From: the human T2T-CHM13v2.0 reference genome, Homo sapiens
Strand: one strand, 5' to 3'
NCBI RefSeq assembly: GCF_009914755.1
Contig: NC_060947.1
DNA length: 64,000 nucleotides
Shown: piece by piece, positions 14,149-26,953 of the stretch
How positions within the stretch are numbered: position 1 is the first letter of the stretch
How the letters are laid out: every line of letters begins with the position of its first letter
Made by a program: the position numbers and the translations under genes
Notes under the pieces: generated by a model
What the model was told of the DNA's origin: nothing
Databases searched by the model: none
Seen by the model: the letters and a program-made list of their open reading frames with translations, nothing else

Positions 14149-15286
14149 GGATATGGGCATCTCAGAACTACTGAGGATTTTTTGTTATAAAATGGGCTCT
14201 TCTCCACCCCTCCTGATTCTGCTATGACCCACCCAGCTTAAAAAGACATACAGCTGGCGCTAATTGCAGAATTTTATATTCTATGGGTGTGTTGAGGACA
14301 GAAAAACAGATTGAGAACCACTGAATTAGATGATCCCTAAAGACACTTTCAGTACCCAACTATTTTTCAGTGATTCGAATAGCATCTCACATAATCTATG
14401 GAATGTTATAAACACCAACGGAAAACGTCATGGTTTGGGAACATTTCTTTATGCAGCCAGGGCTTATTATAAAGCCCACTTTCTTGCAGAAGCCATTTGG
14501 TTAACAAGCTTGGTATTTAAAAGGCTTTCAATCATAACAGATCTTCCAATGTACATGCAAAACTCTGGAAGGGAAAATTAATTACCTTCCATTTTCTTTC
14601 ACTCAAAGCCTCCGAGGATATAGAGAAACACTTACACATTTCTGTTTCGCCCTAGTAAATGAAATCAGAAGCTGCATCTGTCACATGGTTTCTAACTGAG
14701 CCAGTATTTGGCGGTTCAAACTCTGTCCTCTCAGCCATTTCTGTATTCTTTGTTCAGCGGCTCTGTGCACACTGCCGCATTATGCCCAGGCTCTCGGCGA
14801 GGGCAAACAGGAAATACATTCTTTTCTCTAGCAGAAAAAGATGTAACTTGTCTTTTATTTTTCTTCTGCATGAGACAAGACTATTTTATTCTATCCATTT
14901 GGTTCCTGCAGTCCCTCGCCACCACCAACCCCCACCCCCTTTTTTTTCCTGTTTTGTTTGGTGGTGAAAAACCAAGACTAGAAATGAAGTAGAAAAAAAA
15001 TGTTTTTTTGCCTTTTTCCTCTGAAGCCAATGATCTAAAATAGAATCACAACTGATTCTGATGGTAACAATACCGCTTTCTCTGTAAACTATTTTTGCAT
15101 TGCAGACCTCTCTCTGCCTCCAGAAATATACAACACTTTCCTTCATTGCGGAGTCAACAGCTCTCTAGGCCAACTAGAACAATGGGCTTTTAACTAGAAA
15201 GGAACCTGTAGGTTTCTCAGGCTTGAATATACAAACAATTTACCTGGGGCCTTTGTCCTGGGACATTTTGAGAAGCAAGGAGTTAC

Positions 15287-15450
15287 ACGGTGGTTTTCCG
15301 TCTTGATGCACGTTGGAATTAACTGGAGACCTTTATAAACTACTGATGCCCAACCCCACCGCAGATCAACAGAACCTGAAGAACCTGAATCCTTGTGATG
15401 TGGCCATTAATAATTATAAAACTACTCCAGGTGATTCTAATCTAAGCCAA
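15287..15450. mobile_element. MER5-family MITE
   Basis: tactgatgccc, ctccaggtgattctaat. Confidence 0.65.
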
Positions 15451-15614
15451 TTCCCAGAGAATAACATCATAAAATAGTACTTAGCCATAACCTCTCCATT
15501 CCACAATTCCTCCAGTAGCAAAGGGCTAGGAGACAGATGATACTAAATACAAATGTGTGGATAATGGCTAATTCCTGTTCCTAGGGAGGTTAACATATGT
15601 ACTAGTAGTAAAAC

Positions 15615-15850
15615 CACCTACCCAACAAATATCTGTGGAATGCCTACTAAATCCCAGGAAAACTGTGCTGGGCATTGGGAGTACCATGAAGAATAAAACA
15701 GACTTGGTTCTTACCTTCATGAAGCTGACAGTTTAGTGGGGAAAGGCATACTCAAATAATCACATAAATCCATGTGATTTCAAGCCACGGTGAGTGCCAA
15801 GAAGGAAACGAACCTAGGATGCTAAGAACATGGAGCAGGGATGGTTTCAC
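15615..15850 (-). mobile_element. L2 3' fragment
   Basis: caacaaatatctgtggaatgcctact...ctgtgctgggcattgg...aataaaacagac...cttcatgaagctgacagtttag. Confidence 0.7.
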
Positions 15851-15909
15851 ATTAGATGCAGGCAAGCATATGGTTTATGGTTCAACCAATGATCTCAGAA
15901 TCATGGTTT

Positions 15910-16085
15910 TTTTTAAAAAAAATTGTGGTAAACTATACATAACATGAACTTTACAGTTCAGTGGCATTAACGACATTCACAAAGTTATGTAACTCTCACC
16001 ACCCATTTCCAGAACTTTTTTTTTTTTATCACCAGAAGCAGAAAATCTGTAACCATGAAATAACTACTCCCCATTCCCCCTGCCA
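15910..16085 (-). mobile_element. L1MB-type 3' fragment
   Basis: attgtggtaaactatacataacat, cagttcagtggcattaa, catttccagaactttt. Confidence 0.75.
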
Positions 16086-16250
16086 ATCACATAATTTTTT
16101 TTTTAACTGAAAAGGACTTTGGAAGCTTGTATTTCAATAGCCTAATTTTACAGGGGAGGAAGACTGACTTTCCAGTTCAGAATACTTGCGACAGTAGTGT
16201 GTTGTAAAACAGAATTAGACATGAAAGAAATGCTATTAGCTACGTGCTAT

Positions 16251-16776
16251 TGTCAGAGGCATGTGAACCAGAGCAACTCCATCTTAAATAGGAGCTGGGT
16301 AAAATGAGGCTGAGACCTACTGGGCTGCATTCTCAGATGGTTAAGGCATTCTATGTCACGGGATGAGATACGAGGTCGGCACAAGATACAGGTCATAAAG
16401 ACCTTGCTGATAAAACAGGTTGCAGTAAAGAAGCTGGCTAAAACTCACCAAAACCAAGACGGTGATGAGAGTGACCTCTGGTTGTCCTCACTGCTACACT
16501 CCCACCAGCGCCATGACAGTTTACAAATACCATGGCAACGTCAGAAAGTTACCCTATATGGTCTAGAAAGGGGAGGCATGAATAATCCACTCCTTGTTTA
16601 GCATGTAATCAAGAAACAACCATAAAATGGCTCTATGGAGTAGCCATTCTTTTATTCCTTCACTTTCTTAATAAACTTGCTTTCACTTTACTCTATGGAC
16701 TCGCCCTGAATTCTTTCTTGCATGAGATCCAAGAACCCTCTCTTGGGATCTGGATTGGGACCCCTTTGTTGTAACA
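16251..16776 (+). mobile_element. MER41A ERV1 solo LTR
   Basis: tgtcagaggc...gaaccagagcaactccatctt start, gtaaca end, aataaa; 4-bp TSD ctat; lacks the MER41B GAS segment. Confidence 0.9.
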
Positions 16777-16862
16777 CTATTAGTTAGTTACTCTCAATAG
16801 TCATTGAAGAAGGAAGTGTTGAACTTCCCAGCCTTTTGAGGGCAGGAGTGAGGTAAGCTATA

Positions 16863-17047
16863 CCAGGGTTTCTGTCTCAGCACCATCGATACTTGGGGCC
16901 CTTTCATTCTTTGCTGTGGGGAGCTGTTGCACTGTAGGATGTTTAGTAGCACCCCTGGACTCTATCCACTTAATTCCAGTAGCACCCCCAACTCCAGTTG
17001 TGACAACCAAACGCATCTGCCAGATGTCCCCTGGTTGAGAACTGGTG
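16863..17047 (+). mobile_element. MER20
   Basis: gcactgtaggatgtttagtagcacccctgg, ccagttgtgacaaccaa, ctggttgagaac. Confidence 0.85.
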
Positions 17048-17179
17048 AGTTAGAAGGATGCTCTTTCTTCAAGGGCTGAAGAACTCAGCTCAGATTGACC
17101 TAGGACCAAAAAGAAGACTTATCTTCCCTTTTAAGAGAACAAATCCGATTCTTACACCTGTAAAGCTGCAATATAACCA

Positions 17180-17598
17180 CAATGGTGCATATTGAGACCA
17201 TCTGAGGCGTTTAAAAAACTCCCTAGGCTCAGATCACACTCCAGACCAGTTAAACCAGAATCTCTGAGGGTGGGGCTCTGGCATCAGTAGTTTTTAAAGC
17301 TCCCCAGGTGATCCCAACGTGCAGCCAAGGTTGAGAGCCACTGAACTAGTGTTTAGATTGATGCAAAAGTAATTTCAGTTTTTGCCATTACTTTCAAAAA
17401 AAAGGGCAAAAACCACAATTATTTTTGCACCAACCTAATACTTGCTATTCAAATGTGGTGGTCCATGGCCCAGTAGTCTCAGCATTACCCGGAAGGTCAT
17501 TAGAAATCTGGCCCCACCCCAGACCCAACAAATCAGAATCTGCATATTAACCAGACCCCCAGGTGATTCAAATACATTTTAAAGGTTGAGAACTGCTG
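17180..17598. mobile_element. Two adjacent MER5-family MITEs with a MADE1 at their junction
   Basis: ctccccaggtgatcccaacgtgcagccaaggttgagagccactg and aatcagaatctgcatattaac...ccaggtgattc...ttgagaactgctg. Confidence 0.75.
17353..17438. mobile_element. MADE1 with an A-run-expanded loop
   Basis: ttagattgatgcaaaagtaatt...aattatttttgcaccaacctaa. Confidence 0.9.
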
Positions 17599-18647
17599 CT
17601 CTGGAATTCATAAAAAATAGTGCTTTCGGAGTCATGCTAATCTTTTCTTCCAGCTTTACAAAGCAAGTCAGATAGAAACCAAAAAAAAACCAAACAACAA
17701 CAACAACAACAACAAACCCTGCAAATGGTAATTTTGAAAGAGCTGCTTCTCAATTTTCTTCCTCTCAGCCCAGGAGGCCACACTTTTGGGGGCGGAAACA
17801 CAGAGGGAGAAATGTGGCATGTTCGCCATTGTGGACATTTGTCTGAGCTTGCAGTCCCCAAAAGGGGAACCGACGCACTGCTATGTGTCCGTGGGTGTTT
17901 AATATTTGGTGGCAGGCTCACCCACCCAAATGTGAGAACAAAGTGTGTTTCCTCAGCATTGGGGGAAATTGATCCCCTAATCAGTTCATATGATTTAAGT
18001 CTGCTTGTCTCTAGGTTTTGCAAAGCAGTGAGGCTGGAGGAAGGCAAGGAGGGGAAGATTAGAACAGTAAGGGGTGAAGCAAGGGGTTACAGAGAGCACG
18101 GATGCACTGCTGTACTCAGGGCAGGGAAAAAACAGAAGAAAAGTATGCCAGTCACTGCATAATGAATTCTCCACTGGCTGCCAAATAGGAGTCACAGAAC
18201 AATGAACAATCTGAGCAGCTTCTGTTCCCACAATGCAGCCTTGTGAAAGTCCACAGGCAGAAAATTCTGCCTACCATGCACTGGGCATGTTTCTTGCTGG
18301 GCTCGGCTCTAGACCTGGACAGCAAATTGTGTACCTAAGAAGCATTTCATTTCAGGGCCAGAAAAATGAACATTTGAACCTCCTGTCCAGCATAGCTCTT
18401 GGTGCTATGACAGAATTTCTTTTTCTGGAAATCCCTTTCTCAAGGAAAAGCGAGCGTTCAAAACAATAGCGGTTGTCCACGTAGCTGAATATTGACATAG
18501 TAAAATGGTATCAAGAATCTCCTAGGCACAGCTGGAGGATAATCATGTTGCCTTTGAGTGTTCAGTCATTATTTGTCTACTAACTTGACAAATCATGTCA
18601 GTATTCTCCATAAATATGCTCTCACATGGACTAACATAGATCATAAT

Positions 18648-18710
18648 ATTTGCGGGTTTTGCCATTACTTTTAATGGTAAAAGCCACAATTACTTTTGCA
18701 CCAACCTAAT
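18648..18710. mobile_element. Truncated MADE1
   Basis: ttgcgggttttgccattacttttaatggtaaaagccacaattacttttgcaccaacctaa; left terminus missing. Confidence 0.88.
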
Positions 18711-18825
18711 ACAACACACACAATCAATTTCTGTCCATGCTTATATACCAAGTGGCCTACCAAAACTGTCTCCAAACTGACATTTTGAGAAGTCCAAGAA
18801 TACTCACTTCTTCAGACAAAATCTG

Positions 18826-18957
18826 TTTTTTGTTTTGTTTTAATAGATGGGGTCTCACTGTCACCCAGGCTGGATTCAAACTCCTGGGCTCAAGTGATTC
18901 TCCTGTCTTGGCCTCCCAAAGTAGCTGGGACTACAGGCACATGCCACTGCTACTGGC
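18826..18957 (-). mobile_element. FLAM / Alu monomer
   Basis: Single reverse monomer; TSD aaaatctg. Confidence 0.85.
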
Positions 18958-19055
18958 AAAATCTGGGGTCTTAATACTGTTTACCCAGTAAATACAGGGT
19001 GAATTATCATTTTAGTCCCTCCTCTGAAAAGCTCTTTGCAAATAACAAAATCTTT

Positions 19056-19310
19056 ACCTGTAATCTCAGCACTTTGGGAGGCCGAGGCAGGAGTACTGAG
19101 GTCAGGAATTCAAGACCAGCCTGGGCAAGATCCCATGTCTCTACAAAAATAAAATACCTTCACCGGGTATGGTGGTGCATACCTGCAGTCCCAGCTACTT
19201 GGGATTGCTTGAGCCCAGAAGTTGAAGGTTACAGTGAGCTATGATTGCACCATTGTACCCCATCCTGGGTGACTTGAGCAAGACCATGACTCAAAAACAA
19301 ATACATAATA
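19056..19310 (+). mobile_element. Degenerate 5'-truncated AluJ
   Basis: Alu dimer with internal deletions and J diagnostics. Confidence 0.85.
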
Positions 19311-22123
19311 AACATTTAAAAACCATTGTTAGCTTGTGAGCTGTTCAAAAACAGCGGGCCAGATTTGGTCCATGGGTCATGCTTTGCCAAACTCTGATCT
19401 AGACGGCCATTTTATGATCAGATTTCATCCCTAAATTACATACCTGAATTGGCAGTTGTGTTTATCATAACTTAATATCAAGTCAAAGATTTTCAGTACA
19501 AATGTAGCATTTCTTAAACATGGTCTCAGGGATCTCCAAGATCTCACATCTAAGAACTCCATCTTAAAAGCATATAATTAATTATCTTAGTTTCTCAAAT
19601 GACTAGATTTTCCTCCTAGGTTAAATTAAATTACCTACAAGCACGAGACGGTGTGGTGGTCACACTGAATCTACAAAAAAAAAAAAACATGCTTCCTGTC
19701 AAATATTGGCTTCCGCCTTCTCTCTGACCAACACATTAATGGAGTTGATGACAATTTATATCATGTACAAGCTTAAATTTCATTTCTTTTCCCTGCTCTG
19801 TATCTGAGGGCCAATCTTAATGAAAACCAATGGTCAAATTTGACTGAATGGCCAAAGCAGCAGCCAAAACGAAGAAAGACATCAGGGACCACAAAATGCT
19901 GTGTGTGTCCTGAGTTACTGAGTTACTGGATAGCCCATGGTTTTTAATACCCCACAAATAAGGGCTCATACACCAAAAGTCACCTACTAGCTCGTATCTT
20001 TACTTTCACTCATAAACTAGAGTTCCCCAAGTCACTGAAGGGAAGCCTTCCACAGATCTGGTTTATTTTCTTCACTAAAAGTAATTGAGCCTGGTGCATG
20101 TATGCCTTTGCCATTAGGGTACTATGCAAGAGAAGAGAATTTGCCTTCTGTGCAGAGATGTTGTAAACGGATGGAGGTCTCCCTCCTCTTCTCCCAAGGG
20201 GTCTTAAACATGCCTGGAGGTTTAGAGTAACAGGCTGAAACTCTGCAGGGCATTCCTTCTCTCCACATCCTCAGAGACCTCATGGGGAGAACTTGCTGGC
20301 GCCAGGCCTGGATCCTCCCTGGGATAAGCAAAGCTGATTCCAAGACGGAAACTCACTGTCACTTGGGAAAAGGTTGTCTCTCTAGGACATCTCAGGGAAC
20401 AACACTCACCGTTTCCACATACGTAAGGAAGACAGGGAAGCAAAGCCCAGACACACTGATCCCCTCCAGGTGACCCCAAAACATTTCAGTCCACTAAGCC
20501 TTTAAATGAGCCCACAGATCAAACGGATGTGCATCACAGCCACTGTATGAATGACACAGAACCCCTCCTCTTCAAACTAGAACCTCTTAGATCGAAGACT
20601 TGAAAAAAACTATGCAGTATTATTGTGGTAAATCTGGACATAATACTGTGAAATCTAGCTCATCAGACAAGCTAGACAATAGAAGTTTATCAAGCAACCT
20701 TCACCACATTTGATCTCTCTTATGTGAATTTGTATAAGGCAGGTTTTTTCAGCCATGGATCTTAGGTACATTTCATTTACTATAGGGTTAGAAACGAATA
20801 TTCCTATTTAGCATATTTGTCCTCTTAAAATAGTTGAGTCACAGGCTGAGGTATTTTATTGTACCTTGTTACAAATTAAATCATAGCCTCACACACTCAT
20901 TTGCTACCGATTATTTACAAGTGAAACAAAAATTCATAAAACCACATAAGAAAGAATACAGGAGATCAAACAGTTGGTTAAAAATAACGTTGGGTTCTTT
21001 TCTAAATAGCAATTTGCTATGGAACCACTTTACATGTTATATCTTGCATCTGCAACAAAAGGGTCTGCTGTTTTTAACTCATTTTAAGGATGAAACATAA
21101 ATCTGCTAAAATGTGGAGGTTTATATAAGCAGAGAACCAAAGCAGGCCTCCCATACACTCCCCCTATCTCTTATCCTCTCTGACAACTGTTCAGCCCTAG
21201 GAGATATAAATGACAATAATAAGTAAGTCGCAGTCACTGTTCTCCCTGAAACATTACGACATCATTTTGGTGAGTAAAAAAGCTCTTCATTCCTTGCCAA
21301 GTGAATATTTTCTTTTGAGGGTTTTTCTCATAATGGGAGAGATCTGAATTTGAGAGTGTCTACTGGGGCATCTCAGCTGATGCTCTGCTTTCTTTGTAGC
21401 TTCTAAATATATCCACATAATCACAACAGCCCAGGGGGACCATAAGCTCCTTAGCATCTTTCTGCTATGATCCTATCCCTCAGTAAGGCATTGACAATGG
21501 CTACAGTAAAACCCGTAAATCTAATTTTTGCAGAACATAATAACGACCTGGTACTTTTTTTTTTCATTTTTAGTTGTTTTAAGATTTCTAAGCTTGTGTT
21601 GAAACATGCTGCTTCATTTCCCTAGAGGAGAATAATTCCTTTAGCAAAATTCTTAGGTCAAGCCCGTGTGTATTTTGGAATAGACCAAAAGCTGGGGGTG
21701 GGGGGTGAAAAAATCCACAAAGAACAACATATTCTGGGGAAAGAATTATATAGCCAGTTATTAATAAACCTTTCTGGAAAGTGACTAGTGTAAAACAGAA
21801 TTTTCCTGACTGTATACTAAGGACTGCTAGTTCCATGAGATTTTTATAGGTATTCAACAGTAAAGTATGTTTGAAAAGTGACTCAATTTGTATCTCTATC
21901 ATAGGAAACAATAATGAATGTTAGAACATCAGCTGTAAAAAATCATTTTAATAAATCTTGATGTTTTAGACACTTCTATGACCTCAAAATCCTCATTTCT
22001 TTCCAATAAATACCTGTCCATATCTTGAGATCTAGGTGTCTGGTTCTTGGGGCAGAAACAGTAGGATACAATTAGCATTTTTGAAAATCTTAAAATTAGG
22101 GCTTTAGAAAAATCTTAAATATG

Positions 22124-22455
<332 letters not shown>

Positions 22456-22768
22456 AAAAAATCTTAAGTATGGTGCTTATGAACAAAAAAGTAAATAATA
22501 TACAGCTAGAAGACAGGTAGTCCATCATTTTAAGAATTAAGAGAAATGAGACCTCCATATGGCTAGAAAAATAACAGAAAGAACTACCATGACTCCTATG
22601 AAAGGTGTCACCCCAAGTTGAAGGGTTACTGGTGTGAAATCATATCCTGCACAGAGACGAAAAACAGAGCCAGCTGTTCAGAAAACACATTATGCCTAGA
22701 TATTAACCCTCATGCTTATAAAAGCTACTTTTTAATGCAAGAATTAAAATGTTCCTAAGTAATATTAG

Positions 22769-23172
<404 letters not shown>

Positions 23173-24403
23173 TAGAGATAGAAGACAGGGTAATCTAGAG
23201 TTTTAAAAATTAAATAAGAGAAATTGTGATGGTTCAGTTCATTAACTTGATTTTACCCATGGAAACACAAATAAAGAACATTTATTCCAGATGACTGAGT
23301 CAACTGCTCAGCAGACATGTTTTCATTTGTAGAAAAAGTCTGTGTTTGCTTGTGTTAAGTATATACAATACACAGACTCAACACAATTGGGCTCAGTCTG
23401 TAAAGTCCCACTGGCCTTGAGATTTGTTAGAGTTGTGTACTTTAGATACTTTTCTTCTTCAGAGTCAACACATTTTTAAACCACCTTAATTGACCCAACA
23501 CACTTTTTCTCCCTTCTGTGAATGGATCAGTATTATCCAGGTGACATTTACTTACTGTCATAATATCTTCCAAGACAGACTGTGGTTAAACTCACAAATA
23601 CCTCCCAGGAGCAAATTGCATCTTAATAAATTTCATTTAACCTGAGAGTAAAATTATACTTGACAGAAAAAAAGCTCTCAAACAACCCTTCTTCAGATGA
23701 GCTACTTTTATCTCTTGCTACTGTTTTAAATTATTCATATACAAACTGACTATATTAACACATTAAATAATCCAGATGCTGCCACATGTACATCCCATGA
23801 AACAGGAATGGTTTGTTAATAAGCATACCTAGATCTACGCATCAATCTATCTGTTACTCTCTGGAGGGGAAAATCCTCCACAGTGAATTCTTGATTATTT
23901 CTGTTGTTTGAAAGAATCTTCAATCTGTGGATAATATTGCACTACTTCCCTACCCAGCTGCAAGTCATATTCAGAAGGCCAAAGGAATGTCCCAAGTTTG
24001 TTCCAAAAATGTCCAGATGGGCTCGCTCGAACACCACTCCAATAAACAGTGCCAGCCAGGCGTACACAGCCTGGTCAGCCCACCCAATTCCTGCCCAATA
24101 AGGGACAGGCATTCCCATCCTTCAACCAGCAGGGTCTCCTTTGCTACATGTAAATCTCCTCTGACAGCTCATGACTCCAAAAGTGTTTTCCTTTTAATCT
24201 GCTTAACTGCATTTCTTTATATTACAATTAACTTACTTCCCCATATCAGTTAGAGTAATCTATTAATGTCAACTGCAGAGCTTGACCACTACAAACTATT
24301 TGGGGCTATCACATTGAATTGAATATCACTCTTGCCAAGGAGAGAGGGTATCTGTATTTGTCCATGCTGCTTTACTGGGAGTAAGTGTGTGATTTCCTTT
24401 AGG

Positions 24404-24615
24404 CAAGGGTTTCCAACCTCAGCACAATGGATATTCTGGGCCAGATAATTCTTTCTGATGGGGGCTGTCCTGTGAATTGTAGACTATTTAGCAGCATCCC
24501 TGGCCTCCACCCACTAGATGTCAGTAGCATCCTCTAGTTATAACGACCAAAAATGTCTGCAAGACATTGCCAAATGGCCCCTGGGGAACAAATCGCTTCT
24601 GAGTGAGAACCACTG
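24404..24615 (+). mobile_element. MER20
   Basis: caacctcagcac, ggccagataattcttt, tttagcagcatccctggcctccacccactagatg, gagaaccactg. Confidence 0.92.
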
Positions 24616-24684
24616 CTTTCGGCTTTCTGAAATTCTTAAAATAGTTTGAGAGCTAGTTTTAATTGCCTCTGTGTATTCTTAGGC

Positions 24685-24840
24685 TACTGCTGCTCAAAGT
24701 ATGGTTCTGGGACCAAGCAGTGGCTGTATTACCTGGGAGTTTGTCAGAAATGCAGAATCCCAGGCCTACTTGAATGAGAATCTGCAATTTAACAAGATTC
24801 ATGGGTGATGCCAATGCACATTAAAGTGTGAGCAGCACTA
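24685..24840. mobile_element. MER5-family MITE (MER5A1-like)
   Basis: ctcaaagtatggt, agaaatgcagaatc, tgcacattaaagtgtgag. Confidence 0.8.
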
Positions 24841-25315
24841 ATCACCTTGGTTGGAATCTATAATTTAGTATCTTAGAAAGATGATGATTTGGAGCGAAAG
24901 GTGCCAACTAGGGCTGACAAGCCAGAATCATGTGTCATTCAACCATTGATTTCTTTCCATTTATGTTTGGTTTGATGTGTGCTCTTTATTTCTTTATATA
25001 GAGAAACTGGAAGAAGGGAAATCATGTGCTACCTCTGAGGCCTCGCTTTCTCACAGAGCTTAGCTCTATGTGAGTCACCTGGCTGTGTCATCCTGTCGGG
25101 CTCATCATAAGATACTAGGAATCACAGCCCAGACAAGGGGGCTTGTCTTCACAAACTCAGGTATATGCTTCTAAGGTAGCATGATACTAATTTTAAAAGC
25201 GGATCTACATATTAAAAATAACTGAAGATACAGAACATGCCTTTTCAACACAGGCAAGATCACCCCAATAGGATGAAAATGACTTCTTGAGGGGCAAAAA
25301 CAACTTTACTCTTTA

Positions 25316-25694
<379 letters not shown>

Positions 25695-26368
25695 GATTGC
25701 ATAGGGAGGCAATTAGGAAAAAAAATGCTTAAAAAGTCTCCCAGGTTGTGGGGTGATAAAAAATTAAAAGGTTGAAAAAAATGGATACAAAAATGTAGCC
25801 TGGGTAAATGGATGGATTGTCAGCAGCAACCCACAGGAACCCACTAGTAGTCTATTTGTGTCAGAAGACAGAAACACGCAAGTATGGAATGGGAAAGACG
25901 ATGAACAACAAGGACCAAGAACAGTCTGGAGCCCATGTTGCTGTGATCATACCTCCAGATGGGCTGCTCCTCAGTGGTGACTCGCAGCCCAGTCACTTAG
26001 GAGCTGTACGGACATTGAGCAACTTTCACTCTCTCCATGCCAAAATTCCCTACCACCCGAACAGGTTGACATGAGAATGAAATGCAGTCATTATTGGAAG
26101 GCATCCAACAGGACCTGGCATAAAGCTAGTTTTCATGAAATGTTAGCTCTTTTCCCATTAATCATCCTCTCCAGTTGTAAGATTTTAAAATGTCATTAAT
26201 TTTGTTCCTTGAGCAAATCTACGCCTTCTTGTGTGGATTCTGAATAAATCATAAGTAGAACTTCATTATATGATAAAGTATTTGTAAATAGATGAGACTG
26301 TCTTATCCTGAAAATAACTCATTTAATAGAGTGAAGTTAGATGGAAGGTTTAGTCCAAAAGCTTCACA

Positions 26369-26953
26369 CAGTCACTTGTTCGGTAATGCCTCATAGGTGG
26401 TCCTAAAAATCATCACTCTTTGCAAAATGCACAATAAAAAACACAGGGCTTATGGGAAAAATGGGGTTAGGAAAGCAACACTCAAAAATTTAATCAGTGA
26501 CATTTACAAAAAGATTGCAACCTAATAAAAATAGTAGCACCATTTTACACACATTAAATAGTTAAGAAATACATAAACACAACAATAAATGTGTCACTTC
26601 GCCTAGAAAAAGGCCTGAAGTTGGCTGTGGGGTGGGTGTCGGAAGGGCTGCGGTTGGTGAGTTACTGGGAAGGGCTGGAGGGAGGGTTACCCGAAATTGG
26701 AGGGACAGTCATAACACCAGGTATGGACAGGTGTGGCTCTTAACACGCGGGGTAAACTGAGGTAGCTGTAGACATATGAGGTTGTGCCACGTGCGTGTTT
26801 TGTGTATTCTGACGTCATGTAGTTCAGGTGGGCGCAGTTTTCTGCATTCACCTAATGTTTCAGCAAGAAAAAATGGTATTAAGCAAATCCAAGATTCTGA
26901 TTATGCACACATTGTTCATGGTTTCAAAGCAAGCATTACAGGAGAACTATCTG
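26369..26953 (-). mobile_element. MER82 (TcMar-Tigger group)
   Basis: cacagggcttatgggaaaaatggggttagg, actgaggtagctg, gcagttttctgcattcaccta match the reverse of the MER82 consensus as recalled. Confidence 0.8.

Noticed and set aside
17725-18162. Overlapping 145-aa (+) and 136-aa (-) ORFs
   Set aside because: No domain similarity; the minus ORF runs through a (CAA)n repeat that gives poly-Cys
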